DNA of 64,000 nucleotides from an uncultured Fibrobacterota bacterium (GCA_963753345.1 CAVWBU010000036.1:1-64000); one strand, 5' to 3'; counted from the first letter of the stretch, positions 32,755-43,490 are shown. Notes: a model not told the origin generated them from the sequence alone. Numbers and translations: made by a program.

Positions 32755-33336
32755 ATGGTCCCACACGACCCGAAAAAACCCTTCAAAGGTTCGATTTTCA
32801 CCTTTCTCTCGGATCTGTTTGCGAGGCACGGCGTGACCGGTGTCCTGGTGGGCGGGTACGCACTCATTGCCAACAAAGTCCAGAGGATGACATTTGACAT
32901 AGACTTTATCACCACGGCTGAGGATTGCGCGAAATTGGAACCGGACCTGTTTTCCGCGGGCTATTCCGTGCGCAACCGCATGGAGGCGTTTGTCCAATAC
33001 AAGAGCGAAACAGCCGGGCTGCGGGACCTCGACATTCTCATCTGCGACCGGAAGACGCTGGACGCGCTTATTGCGCAGGGGAGGCAAATAACCATTGCGG
33101 GGAAACAATTTATTGTACCGTCGCCGGCGCATCAGATTGCCATGAAGCTCCACGCTGTTTCTTCCAACAGGGGAAGAGAACCCAAAGACTTTCCCGACAT
33201 CGTCAGGTTGATTTCCGCAAATTCGATTGATCCGCGGTCGGAGGCAATCAAAGAACTTTTTGTACGATACAAGGCCATGGATTTATTCGACAGGGTCCTC
33301 AAAGCGACAGGAACTGGCTATGGAACCGGATCTTGA
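32755..33336 (+). CDS. Pol-beta-like nucleotidyltransferase (DUF6036/AbiEii-like)
   Basis: LVGGYAL...RMTFDIDF...DLDIL...IAMKLHA...KDFPDI. Confidence 0.8.
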   Translation: MVPHDPKKPFKGSIFTFLSDLFARHGVTGVLVGGYALIANKVQRMTFDIDFITTAEDCAKLEPDLFSAGYSVRNRMEAFVQYKSETAGLRDLDILICDRKTLDALIAQGRQITIAGKQFIVPSPAHQIAMKLHAVSSNRGREPKDFPDIVRLISANSIDPRSEAIKELFVRYKAMDLFDRVLKATGTGYGTGS

Positions 33337-33493
33337 TCTGCCCCGGCTCGAACGCGAACCCCTTGATCCCTCGCTTCGCTCTATCGACGAAATAAACGAA
33401 TGGATAGAGCAGGATTACTTGTCTCTATTCGATCGTGAAGCCTATGAAGAAGAAAAGAAGCGGATGTCCGTTAATGTTCCGTTCAGATTGTAG
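33320..33493 (+). CDS. Small acidic protein overlapping the nucleotidyltransferase
   Basis: 57 aa MEPDLDLPRL...VNVPFRL; 17-nt overlap. Confidence 0.6.
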   Translation: MEPDLDLPRLEREPLDPSLRSIDEINEWIEQDYLSLFDREAYEEEKKRMSVNVPFRL

Positions 33494-33542
33494 CAATCCC
33501 CACACCCCGCACTCGCGCTGCCCCATTTTCTTCTTGTCAAAG

Positions 33543-33571
33543 TTGATTCAAACTCCAAAAAACCTTATATT
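33543..33571 (+). promoter_or_regulatory. Candidate sigma70 promoter for the beta-helix cluster
   Basis: TTGATT-N17-TATATT (same -10 as the groE promoter). Confidence 0.5.
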
Positions 33572-33675
33572 CTCAATAAGGGCCCGCACAGCCAAGGCCG
33601 GGAATGCCCGGACCGGCCAACGAACAGGCCTCATATATTAAATGTCAATGAACAACAGCGACAGGGGGGTGCTCG

Positions 33676-35799
33676 ATGAAGTTCATGTCACAATGGTTTT
33701 TGATTTCGGCATCAGTAGTCACACTCCTAGCCTTTCCGCCGGCTTCCCATTCCCAGCCCTGGTCAGGCATAGTTTCCGCCCCGCGCGCCATTGATTGGAG
33801 CGGGGCTGGCGTGCAGGGCGGCATCGTGAACCGGACAACCGTGTATCAGACGCTGAATCCCGGCGTGACGGCAGATCAGATCAACGCGGCCATCGCCGCC
33901 TGTCCGGCAGACCAGGTGGTCTACCTGAACGCCGGGACCTACAATTTGACAAGCGGCATCGTGCTGAAAAGCGATGTCACGGTGCGGGGCGCGGGCGCCG
34001 ACAAGACGTTTCTTGTCTTTTCCGGGGTCAATGCCTGCTTCGGCGGGTACAGCGCGGTTTGCTTCACAACAGAGAACCATGTCTGGGGCGGCGACGCCGA
34101 CGCCCTGCCCGGCGGGTCCAACGCCGCGCTCTGGACCGCCGGGTTCGCGCCTGGAACCACGCAGGTGACCCTCACGAACGTGGGCAGTTCGGGCCTTGCG
34201 GTGGGGCAGTACATCATCCTCGATCAGGCGAACCTTGGGGCGGACAACGGCGAGTTTTTCGTCTGCGACAACACCAACTATCCCTGCTCGCTCGAAGGAG
34301 GCAACGGCGGCCGCGTGATGAACGGAATCCAACACGGCCAGACTCAAATAGTGAAGATCACGGCAATCAACGGAAGCACCTACACCATAGCGCCGGGCCT
34401 GTATGCTCCCAACTGGAGCGCTACGCTTTCTCCGGGCGCGTGGTGGGTGCACATGATCCAGTTTGCCGGGCTCGAAAACGTTTCAATCGATCACAGCGCG
34501 GCCAGCGGCGAGGTCAACGGCATCAGCATGTACGGCGCGATCAACTGCTGGGTGAGGGGAATCCGGTCGCTTCGGCCCAACCGCAATCATGTTCAGTTCT
34601 GCCTGTCTGCACACAACACCGTGGCCGACTGCTATTTCAACGGCACGCAGCACGGCCAAACGCAAAGCTACGGCATGGAAGTGTACCTTGCATCGGACAA
34701 TCTTGTTGTCAACAATATTTTCCAGCAGGTCACCGCGCCGCAACTACTGCAGCTGGGCGTGGGAAACGTGGTTGCGTTCAACTTTTCCATCAAGGACTCC
34801 GAGGTCGCTTCCGCCGATTTCATGTATGGAAGCGCGACCGACCACAATGAGGGCAATGAGTACAACCTGTTTGAAGGGAACGACGGGTCCATGTTCGGCG
34901 CAGATCTTTTCCACGGCACCGGCGGCATGAATACGCTATTCCGCAACCGCTTTACAGGATGGGAATTCGGCAAGCTGAACAACCTGATTGCGATCCGGCT
35001 TGACTCCTACAAACGGTACTGCAATGTCGTCGGCAATGTTCTGGGTACGAAAGGAATCACGACAAGCTATCAGATACTGGCCCCGTACGGGAGCGGCACG
35101 GTCTATTACCTGGGCAGCGGAAATTCGGAAGGCACAGTGACCGTTCCCGCCGACCCGAAGGTGGCCGCCACCATCATGCGCTGGGGCAATTACGATGTTG
35201 TCAACGACTCCGCGCGGTGGGAGGCATCGGAGGTCCCGAGCGGGATCGCCAAGTACGCCAATCCCATTCCCCCAAACCATACCCTGCCCGCGTCGTTTTT
35301 CCTGTCCGGAAAGCCTTTCTGGTGGCCATCCGGCATTGCATGGCCGCCCATCGGGCCCGATGTGGTCGGCGGCAACATTTCGGGCCTTGCAGGTCACGCC
35401 AACCAGATTCCCGCGTGTAACTGCTATTTGAATGTGATGAAAGGGCCGGCCGACGGCAGCGGCGCGCCGCTGAGCTTTAGCGCGGACAACTGCTACACAA
35501 CAGGCGTTCTGGTGAGTCCGATACCTTTTGTCAAGCAGGGACAAGTGTCCATGTCCGTGCGCCGCATTGCGTCGGGGCATGTGTGGATGATTTCGGTACG
35601 TGGTGTACCGGCGGACTTCCGCCTCTGCGTGTACGATCTCGAAGGGCGCGTGGCAAGGACCCTTTTGTCAAGCGGCAGACAGGAAGGCATTTTGACGTAT
35701 TTCTGGGACGGTACCGACGATCTGGGGAGAAGTCTCGCCCGCGGGCTTTACGTGATAGGAACAACGGGTGGGATAAGGAAGATTATCGGGATATTCTGA
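33676..35799 (+). CDS. Secreted right-handed beta-helix (pectin-lyase-like) protein with FlgD-Ig/T9SS-like tail
   Basis: Signal peptide, INAAIAAC..VVYLNAGTY..VRGAG, Asn-ladder repeats, VYDLEGR..WDGTDD.G..LARGLY. Confidence 0.85.
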   Translation: MKFMSQWFLISASVVTLLAFPPASHSQPWSGIVSAPRAIDWSGAGVQGGIVNRTTVYQTLNPGVTADQINAAIAACPADQVVYLNAGTYNLTSGIVLKSDVTVRGAGADKTFLVFSGVNACFGGYSAVCFTTENHVWGGDADALPGGSNAALWTAGFAPGTTQVTLTNVGSSGLAVGQYIILDQANLGADNGEFFVCDNTNYPCSLEGGNGGRVMNGIQHGQTQIVKITAINGSTYTIAPGLYAPNWSATLSPGAWWVHMIQFAGLENVSIDHSAASGEVNGISMYGAINCWVRGIRSLRPNRNHVQFCLSAHNTVADCYFNGTQHGQTQSYGMEVYLASDNLVVNNIFQQVTAPQLLQLGVGNVVAFNFSIKDSEVASADFMYGSATDHNEGNEYNLFEGNDGSMFGADLFHGTGGMNTLFRNRFTGWEFGKLNNLIAIRLDSYKRYCNVVGNVLGTKGITTSYQILAPYGSGTVYYLGSGNSEGTVTVPADPKVAATIMRWGNYDVVNDSARWEASEVPSGIAKYANPIPPNHTLPASFFLSGKPFWWPSGIAWPPIGPDVVGGNISGLAGHANQIPACNCYLNVMKGPADGSGAPLSFSADNCYTTGVLVSPIPFVKQGQVSMSVRRIASGHVWMISVRGVPADFRLCVYDLEGRVARTLLSSGRQEGILTYFWDGTDDLGRSLARGLYVIGTTGGIRKIIGIF

Positions 35800-35854
35800 G
35801 GTTGGGCTGCATGACAATGTTTCTGCAGGGGTGCCACCAAGGAGGCAATCAATC

Positions 35855-37249
35855 ATGAGGACGTTCATCAACCTCGCGATCCGAACCCTTCCAGCTATTG
35901 TCCTTATTTTTTTGCCCGTCACAATCCATGCCGCCGTCATTAATGCAACAAGTTGCTCGCAGGCAGACGTGCAGACCGCGATAAATTCGGCGGCGAGCGG
36001 CGACACCGTGGCAATGCCCGCGGGCACCGGCACATGGACCGGCGTGGTCACCATGCACAAAGGCATAACCCTGCAGGGCGCGGGGGCAGGCGCAACCATC
36101 ATCAACAATGCCATGACCGGTTCCTACACCGGCCAGCTTGTCTGCGACACCGGTGCGTTCAGGCGGTTCACCGGCATCACCTTCAATGGCAACACGGCCG
36201 CGGTCACGGTTTACAATCTGGAAGTAGGCGGCGCGGGCGTGTTCCGCATTGACCATTGCGTCTTTACGGTCCCCTCGGGCGGCACCGCGGTGCAGCTCTG
36301 GGGCGGGACCCTGATCGGCCTCATCGACCACGACACGTTCAATGCCTCGGGCAACGCCGAAATAATCCACAACAGCGCGTACGGGCCGAGCGACACCAGC
36401 GGCTGGAGTTACGACATCGTGCCCGGCAGCGGCGACGCGGTTTACATTGAGGACAATACGTTCTTCAACAACGCCACGGGAAATCCCGCCTATTTCTGGG
36501 GCTGCTCCGCGGTGCAGTCGTATTACGGCGCGCGCACGGTGTTTCGGCACAACAGCGTCGAGATGGCGCAGATCGACCAGCACGGCACGGCCGGCATGAT
36601 CGGCGCCCGGTGGTGGGAAATCTACGAGAACACTTTCAGCACCACCGTGCCGAACGCAAGCCAGTGCTGCTACATCACCCTTCGCGCGGGGAGCGGCGTG
36701 GTGTTCAACAATCACCATACCGGCGTCAATCAGGTGGTTGGCTCGATTGATTTGTACGAAGAGGACAGCGGATACCCGGCGCTGTACCAGATCGGCCGAG
36801 GCAAGAACCAGGTGTCCGATCCCGCGTATGTCTGGAACAACGACACCTCCATGCCCGTGGGAAGCCAGACGCCTGCCATGGTGCAGGTGAACCGCGATTA
36901 CTATTTGAGCGCAAGGCCTGGGTATGTTCCCTACACCTATCCGCATCCGCTGGCTGCGGGAATCGGAATGTCGGTGACCGGACAGCGCACGCGGCAGTCG
37001 GCATCCGGGATGATGCTCAGGATCAGTCATGATCAATCAAACCGCACAGTTGCATTTAAATTGCTGAATGTCAATGGCACCGCGGATATTTCTGTTTTTT
37101 CTCTAGCAGGGAAGAGAATCGATTCATTTTCCTGTGCCCCCAATGAAAAGATTCTGCGGGACGCGGCACTGTATCCAAGGGGCGTATTCGTCGTGAGCGT
37201 GCGAGCAGGCACAATCGACCTTGTCAAGCGCGCGCACCTTACACAATGA
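35855..37249 (+). CDS. Secreted beta-helix protein with T9SS-like tail
   Basis: RBS GGAGG, DVQTAINSA.SGDTV.MPAG, ITLQGAG, YTYPHPL, VFSLAGK..GVF. Confidence 0.8.
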   Translation: MRTFINLAIRTLPAIVLIFLPVTIHAAVINATSCSQADVQTAINSAASGDTVAMPAGTGTWTGVVTMHKGITLQGAGAGATIINNAMTGSYTGQLVCDTGAFRRFTGITFNGNTAAVTVYNLEVGGAGVFRIDHCVFTVPSGGTAVQLWGGTLIGLIDHDTFNASGNAEIIHNSAYGPSDTSGWSYDIVPGSGDAVYIEDNTFFNNATGNPAYFWGCSAVQSYYGARTVFRHNSVEMAQIDQHGTAGMIGARWWEIYENTFSTTVPNASQCCYITLRAGSGVVFNNHHTGVNQVVGSIDLYEEDSGYPALYQIGRGKNQVSDPAYVWNNDTSMPVGSQTPAMVQVNRDYYLSARPGYVPYTYPHPLAAGIGMSVTGQRTRQSASGMMLRISHDQSNRTVAFKLLNVNGTADISVFSLAGKRIDSFSCAPNEKILRDAALYPRGVFVVSVRAGTIDLVKRAHLTQ

Positions 37250-37362
37250 GGCACCGGATCAGATTACGGCAGCATTTGGTATTAGGGAAACCTCTATTCG
37301 TTCATACGACTTGATTTTGATGTCGCCTGTTTACCAAATGATAAATGACATTGGGGGAAATC

Positions 37363-38928
37363 ATGGACAACCGTTTTCCGACAACAAGCGCTGCAGCCCG
37401 TTCGGTCATGGCACCGGCGCCTTGGGCCACTCTTGTGTTGTGTCTTGGCCTGCTCGGATTCACCCATGGTACAACCGCTGCAACCTATTACGTCAACAAC
37501 GCCGCTTCCTCTGCATGCGGAAACGCCGCGGGCGGCGGCACAATGGCCCAGCCCTTCTGCACGATTTCCTATGCTCTCGGCCGCATTGCCGGAGGCGACA
37601 CCGTGTATGTACGGTCCGGCACCTACAACGAAGCGCTTTACATAGCGGGACCCGCTGGAAAGACAGGCGCGAACACGACCATTTCCGCCTATCCCGGCGA
37701 CACGGTGGTGCTCCGCGGCGACAGCGTCAACACGGGCAGGTGCAAAATAATAAACACGAGCTTCGTTACGTTTGCGGGCTTTACGATTACGAATTACAAC
37801 CAGGGGCTTTTTGTCGACTCGTCGAGCAATATCACCATACGCCGGTGCACCATCCATCATGTCGGGCAGGAAGGGCTGCACGTCCACGTTAATTCATCCT
37901 TCGTTACCATAGACAGCTGCACGGTCCACGATACACGGCAATGGCAGTACAATGGGGAAGGGATTTACATCGGCACGGGCGACGCCGCGCCCGTGGACAA
38001 CACGAACAACGTGACGGTGCGCAATACCACCATTTACAACACCACCGACGAGGGCATTGAGTTCAAGATAGGGACCCATCACATCACCGCCGACGGAAAC
38101 AACATCTACAATGTCAACCTGGGGTCCGACTGGTCCCAGAACGGCAATGACGTGGGCGCAATAGAGGTGAACAATGCCGTCGGGGCCGTCCAGAATTACG
38201 GCAGCGATCCGCAGCAGGTGGTGAGGAACAACTACATTCACGACGTCAAGACCGCGATTCGGGCAGGGACGGGAATAACCGTCTACAACAATGTCATCCG
38301 CAACGTGAGCGGCTACGGGATTTACGTTGACAACCAGTCGAACGATTCCTACACCCGTGCCATGTACCACAATACCATCGACGCAGCGGCGGCGAACGCC
38401 GTGTTCCATGTGAGCGGAACGCAGGATGTGAGGAACAACATCGGGCCGGCGACGGCAAAGAATCTTCCGACACAGGACAGCTTCTATGTGAATAAAGCCG
38501 CAGCCGATTACCATCTGGTCAAGGGAGCCCCGCCGATTGACGCAGGCGACGATCTTACGGCGATTGTTCCCACGGACAGGGACGGCGTGAGCAGGAAGAC
38601 GAATGGGCCGCCGGACTTAGGCGCCTATGAATATTCCGGTTCAAGTTTGATAGGTGAACCAGCGATATCTGAACCTTCTTCTCTGGGAGCCAGATTCTTG
38701 AAGGCCGGCATGAATAGAATCGATTTTGCGATACCTCAAACAGGCCAAGTTGATCTTGAAATCATTGACATTTCGGGAAAAAAGGTCTGCACCCTGGTGG
38801 ATGCGGAGATGGAAAAGGGCAGACATTCGGTAACGTGGGACAGGCAGGGGTATCATGCCGGGATTTATCTGGTCAGACTGGTGGCCGTGGGATTATTGTT
38901 GGTGCAGAAAGAAATAATCATGAAGTAA
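37363..38928 (+). CDS. Secreted beta-helix (DUF1565/PL9-like) protein with T9SS-like tail
   Basis: ATYYV..GT..QPFCTI..GDTVYVRSGTY, DYHL...IDAG, PDLGAYE, IDISGK..AGIY. Confidence 0.82.
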   Translation: MDNRFPTTSAAARSVMAPAPWATLVLCLGLLGFTHGTTAATYYVNNAASSACGNAAGGGTMAQPFCTISYALGRIAGGDTVYVRSGTYNEALYIAGPAGKTGANTTISAYPGDTVVLRGDSVNTGRCKIINTSFVTFAGFTITNYNQGLFVDSSSNITIRRCTIHHVGQEGLHVHVNSSFVTIDSCTVHDTRQWQYNGEGIYIGTGDAAPVDNTNNVTVRNTTIYNTTDEGIEFKIGTHHITADGNNIYNVNLGSDWSQNGNDVGAIEVNNAVGAVQNYGSDPQQVVRNNYIHDVKTAIRAGTGITVYNNVIRNVSGYGIYVDNQSNDSYTRAMYHNTIDAAAANAVFHVSGTQDVRNNIGPATAKNLPTQDSFYVNKAAADYHLVKGAPPIDAGDDLTAIVPTDRDGVSRKTNGPPDLGAYEYSGSSLIGEPAISEPSSLGARFLKAGMNRIDFAIPQTGQVDLEIIDISGKKVCTLVDAEMEKGRHSVTWDRQGYHAGIYLVRLVAVGLLLVQKEIIMK

Positions 38929-39034
38929 ATGGGAACCTTGTCACAACCTACGATGAATCGCTATTATGAAATTTAGCGCCTGGCGGGCAAATACATCCTG
39001 CAAAATGAAGAATCGTTTACAAAAGGTAGGTTCC

Positions 39035-41110
39035 ATGAAAAAATCCATTTTCATTTCGCTCATTTTCGCCGGCTCTGTCTTGGCACAAACAATCCAGTCT
39101 CCCATTGCCCCCAGCCGCTGCATCGACTGGACCAAGGCCGGGGTCGAAGGCGGCATCCCGGACCGCACCACCGTTTACACCACGCTCAACCCGGGCGCGA
39201 CCGTTGCGCAGGTCAATGCCGCGCTTGCGGTATGCCCCGCAGGCCAGGTGGTTTATCTGAGCGCCGGTACCTACAACTTGACATCAGGGATAGACTTCAA
39301 CGGCAGGGACAGTATCACCCTGCGCGGAGCAGGACCGGACAAGACGTTTCTGGTCTTCACCGGCAGCTGCACCTGCCGCGGCATGGGGGCCGACATTTGC
39401 GTGGGAGCCGCGAACAGCTCCTACTATGTGGAAACACCGACGCACACCGCAGACTGGACAGCGGGCTTTGCAAAAGGCACTACCCAAATCACCCTGAGTA
39501 ACACAACCGGGTTGGCGCCGGACATGGTTCTGGTCATGGACCAGCTCAATAACGATGTGGATGCAGGCGGCGTCTATGTCTGCGAAACCAATGGCGTGTG
39601 CTCGGACGGCGGACCGGGCGGCGGCGAACAGCCCAACAGGGCGCAGGAGCAGTATGTGAGAGTCACCGCTATCGATGGCAATGTGGTCACCATCTCACCG
39701 GGCGTGTACATGCCCAACTGGAGCGCTTCGCAGAGCCCGCATGCATGGTGGGGGAGCGCGCAAGGTTTTGCTTTCGGCCTCGGCGTTGAGGATTTGTCGG
39801 TAGACAATACCGGAAACACTTCGACAAACTTGTCGGACATTTACCTTATCTGGGCCTTCGACTGCTGGGTCAAGAATGTGGGGGACCTGAATTCCAACCG
39901 CAACCATGTGTGGCTGTACCAGACAGCGCACAGCACTGTCCGCGACTGCTATTTCTACGGTACGAAAAATGCAGCCTCGCAGAGTTACGGCGTTGAATCG
40001 TACATGGGTTCCGACAATCTTGTGGAAAACAACATTTTCCAGCATATCACCGGTCCTCTTATGGGCGGCGGCGCCACGCCCGGCCTGGTCGAGGCCTATA
40101 ACTACGCGATTGACGATTACTACACGCCGTCGCTTGCCTGGATGCAGGGCAGCGACTATGCGCATGCGGCCGGCGACGGCTATGTTTTGCATGAAGGAAA
40201 CGACGGCGTCGGATTTACCGCAGACCTTGTCCACGGCACGCACAACTTTCTCACCGCGTTCCGCTGTTACTTTACAGGATGGGAAACCGGCAAGACCGCG
40301 CAGACAGTCCCGATCAACCTTTATGCCGGAAGCAGATTCATGAACATGGTCGGCAACGTGCTCGGTACCCCGAACTATCACAACAATTATGAATCGGTTC
40401 CGCCCGCATTTACCGGCCACGAGACTTCGATTTACCGGTTGGGCGACAATGGCAATACACTGCCTGCATCGTATGCGGACCCACTGGTGAAATCCACGCT
40501 CCTGCGCTGGGGCAACTGGGATGTGGTGACCGACTCGGCTAGGTTCCTCGCGTCAGAGGTGCCGAGCACCATCAGCCAGTATGCCAACCCTGTGCCGACC
40601 GATCAGACAATTCCGTCGACGCTTTACCTGTCCGGCAAACCAAGATGGTGGCCGTCAACCATTCCGTGGCCGTGCATCGGGCCTGATGTGACAGGCGGTG
40701 ACAGGGCCACCGGACTGGGAGGCCATGCGTATAGGAACCCGGCGCATGTGTGCTACGACAATTCGACCAAGACCAACGGTATCCTGAATTTCAATGCGAA
40801 CAACTGTTATGGAAATTCTTACGCAGATGTGAAACAATTTCCCGGGCTAGGAATTTCAGGTCGGTCAAATGCAGTGAAGATATTTACAGATGCAGGCCAG
40901 AAGATACTATGGTTCGAACCATTGTCGAGTGACATTGCGCTGGTAAGTGTTTCAATGTATGCAATTGACGGGAAAAGAATATTGCAGAAGTCAATGAATC
41001 TGAAGACGGAAAACGTGGTGGATGTGTCGGGGGTGACGGCAGGGGTTTATTTTGTGAGAATAGCCGGGGAGGAGGGGAAGACGGTACAGAAGGTGATGAT
41101 TGCGAGGTGA
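39035..41110 (+). CDS. Secreted beta-helix protein with T9SS-like tail (paralog of 33676)
   Basis: IDWTKAGVEGGIPDRTT, LRGAGPDKT, NRNHV, SQSYGVE, WPCIGPDV. Confidence 0.85.
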   Translation: MKKSIFISLIFAGSVLAQTIQSPIAPSRCIDWTKAGVEGGIPDRTTVYTTLNPGATVAQVNAALAVCPAGQVVYLSAGTYNLTSGIDFNGRDSITLRGAGPDKTFLVFTGSCTCRGMGADICVGAANSSYYVETPTHTADWTAGFAKGTTQITLSNTTGLAPDMVLVMDQLNNDVDAGGVYVCETNGVCSDGGPGGGEQPNRAQEQYVRVTAIDGNVVTISPGVYMPNWSASQSPHAWWGSAQGFAFGLGVEDLSVDNTGNTSTNLSDIYLIWAFDCWVKNVGDLNSNRNHVWLYQTAHSTVRDCYFYGTKNAASQSYGVESYMGSDNLVENNIFQHITGPLMGGGATPGLVEAYNYAIDDYYTPSLAWMQGSDYAHAAGDGYVLHEGNDGVGFTADLVHGTHNFLTAFRCYFTGWETGKTAQTVPINLYAGSRFMNMVGNVLGTPNYHNNYESVPPAFTGHETSIYRLGDNGNTLPASYADPLVKSTLLRWGNWDVVTDSARFLASEVPSTISQYANPVPTDQTIPSTLYLSGKPRWWPSTIPWPCIGPDVTGGDRATGLGGHAYRNPAHVCYDNSTKTNGILNFNANNCYGNSYADVKQFPGLGISGRSNAVKIFTDAGQKILWFEPLSSDIALVSVSMYAIDGKRILQKSMNLKTENVVDVSGVTAGVYFVRIAGEEGKTVQKVMIAR

Positions 41111-41201
41111 GGGGGATTAAAGAGAATATTTTCCTATTTTAGATTTCGACCTTTATTAGGATTTCACGCACGAACAAAACTGGCAGGGATTGTTCAGAAG
41201 T

Positions 41202-41266
41202 GCCGTTCGTGGTGAGCTTGTCGAAGCATGAACGGCCGCCCTTCGACTTGGCTCAGGGCGAACGGC
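41202..41266. repeat. REP-like palindromic element
   Basis: GCCGTTCG..TGAGCTTGTCGAAG...CTTCGACTTGGCTCAGGGCGAACGGC imperfect inverted repeat; partial copy CTTCGACGAGCTCAG at about 2736. Confidence 0.7.
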
Positions 41267-41413
41267 TGTTACCTATGTTTTTACCAGAAAAATAGTCTGA
41301 ACGAAGAAATGCCATTCGTAGTGCACGTGATGAAGCATTGTTGAAGGATGAAAATTATTTTTTCACCAATCTGTTTTACACGGAATAGGTTATTCTCACC
41401 AAAGGAAGACGGA

Positions 41414-43411
41414 ATGAATCATCGATCACTGACACTCTTTGTGGCTCTGTCAATTGCATCCCTTTTCACGTCCTCCGATCTTTACGCCCAGATAATTCCT
41501 GCAAACCGCCGCATCGACTGGTCCCAATCCGGCATTCCAAACGGAATCCCGGCGCGGACAACGATATCCGCAACTGTCAATGCTTCCACTTTCGGTAATG
41601 GCGCAAATGACGCCACTGCCGGAATTCAGGCCGCGCTTAACGCCTGCCCGGCGAACCAGGCCGTCCTGCTTTCCGCCGGAACGTTCCGCATCAACGCGGG
41701 TATCCGAATCCCCAGCAACGTCACCCTGCGCGGCGCAGGGCCTTCACAAACGATACTCGACGCGCACGGAACGAGCGGCGCGGTTGTCGCGTTCGGCCAG
41801 GACGCCACGCCGTACGCGGCGAATTCAATAGCGATTACCGGCGGGACCGCTGCCGGTTCATCTTCCATCACGCTCGCGAGCGCTGCAGGAGTGAGCGTCG
41901 GGTCTTATCTGTTAATTACGGAACTCAACGACACGAGCTTCGTCACCATCAAAGGCGGGGAGGGAAGCTGCACGTGGTGCGACGGCGGCATCGGCTGGAA
42001 CGGCACGCGCGCGCTGGGCCAGATCGTGGAAGTCTCGTCCGTGAGCGGCGCGACTATCGGCATTGCTCCGCCGCTGTACATTGGTTACAGCGCCGCGCTT
42101 TCCCCGCTCGCCACGCCGTTTTCCGCCGGCGCAAAGTACGCGGGCCTCGAGAATGTGCAGGTGTACATGAACAACACCGGCTATACGGAAAACATCCTCA
42201 TGAACGGTTCGGCCTATTGCTGGGTGAAAAACATAGAGAGCAATTACGCCGACGGAGACCACTTCCGCGCGTTCTGGGCGTATCGCTGTGAAATCCGCGA
42301 CAGCTATTTCCACGACGCGTTTCTCCACTCCCCGGGCCAGACCGACGCCGACGTTTTTGTCGCCGACAAGTCAAGCGGATTGCTTATTGAGAACAATATC
42401 ATGAGGCGCATGCATGTGTCAATCATGCTGAACTGGGGCGCGGCGGGCAACGTGATCGCCTACAACTACTCGGCAAACGACTTTGACGAAAGCGCCTATA
42501 ACGTTGTGATGGGCGACCTCAGCATGCACGGTTCTCACCCGATGTTCAATTTGTACGAGGGCAATATCGCAACCTCGTTCCACCCGGACGGTATCTGGGG
42601 ATCCAACAGTCATAATACCGTTTTCCGCAACTGGCTTGTCGGAACGACAAAGATATGCAAGCCCCTGTCCGGACGCGGCGCGGAACAGACAGACTCAGCC
42701 TGGTGGGCGTGCCAGGCCAATCGGGCGTGCAATGTTGATTTTGCAGGACGATACTACAATATCCTCGGCAATGCGGTGGGATCCACGGACCTACTGAATG
42801 TCACCTCGTACAACAACGGCACCCATAAAATTCCGTCGGTGCGGATGATCATCGCGCCACAGTACCGATCCTACGACGCGACCACCTACTGCTACTGCTT
42901 CGGGTACAGCGAGGCGAACGACGACGGCTCCTCGGGCACCTATCCCGAAGACAACACGCTGCCGTACACCACCGCTTTGCTTCATGGCAATTATGATTTC
43001 ACGTCCGATTCCATTGTCTGGGACGCGACCATCGCCGACCATAGCCTTCCCGCCTCTCTTTACCTTTCGTCAATGCCCACCTGGTGGTGCGGTGCGCCGT
43101 GGCCGCCCATAGGTCCCGATGTTGCCGGCTATGTAAACGACATTCCGGCCAAGCTTCGGTTTGAGGGCCTTCCGTGCAATGTAAAAGTTGAAAGGATGAT
43201 TCTTAAAACTCCGGTTGCAGAATCACGAGAGTGCTACATGATTTACAATGTGCAGGGCAGGCTGATCGCATCTGGTATCATCAACGGCGCCGTAACGGCC
43301 GCCCGCGTCAAACATCTCGTCGGCCCGATGGGGAGTATGCCCTCTGGAATTTATCTGTGCAGGATGACTCGCAGCGGTGTAGAGAGGACCGTGAAGGTGC
43401 TGGTCAGGTAA
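41414..43411 (+). CDS. Secreted beta-helix protein with T9SS-like tail (paralog of 33676 and 39035)
   Basis: RRIDWSQSGIPNGIP, AGIQAALNAC, LRGAG, NLYEGN, WPPIGPDV, IYNVQGR..SGIY. Confidence 0.85.
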   Translation: MNHRSLTLFVALSIASLFTSSDLYAQIIPANRRIDWSQSGIPNGIPARTTISATVNASTFGNGANDATAGIQAALNACPANQAVLLSAGTFRINAGIRIPSNVTLRGAGPSQTILDAHGTSGAVVAFGQDATPYAANSIAITGGTAAGSSSITLASAAGVSVGSYLLITELNDTSFVTIKGGEGSCTWCDGGIGWNGTRALGQIVEVSSVSGATIGIAPPLYIGYSAALSPLATPFSAGAKYAGLENVQVYMNNTGYTENILMNGSAYCWVKNIESNYADGDHFRAFWAYRCEIRDSYFHDAFLHSPGQTDADVFVADKSSGLLIENNIMRRMHVSIMLNWGAAGNVIAYNYSANDFDESAYNVVMGDLSMHGSHPMFNLYEGNIATSFHPDGIWGSNSHNTVFRNWLVGTTKICKPLSGRGAEQTDSAWWACQANRACNVDFAGRYYNILGNAVGSTDLLNVTSYNNGTHKIPSVRMIIAPQYRSYDATTYCYCFGYSEANDDGSSGTYPEDNTLPYTTALLHGNYDFTSDSIVWDATIADHSLPASLYLSSMPTWWCGAPWPPIGPDVAGYVNDIPAKLRFEGLPCNVKVERMILKTPVAESRECYMIYNVQGRLIASGIINGAVTAARVKHLVGPMGSMPSGIYLCRMTRSGVERTVKVLVR

Positions 43412-43470
43412 ATCAAGGGATTAAAGGTTCCTATCAGTAAATCTGATTATAGATAAAAACAACCGATGCC

Positions 43471-43490
43471 ATTCCCGCGAAAGCGGGAAT
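43471..43490. repeat. dRS3/RPE-like short palindrome
   Basis: ATTCCC-GCGAAAGC-GGGAAT (ATTCCC-N8-GGGAAT). Confidence 0.65.
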
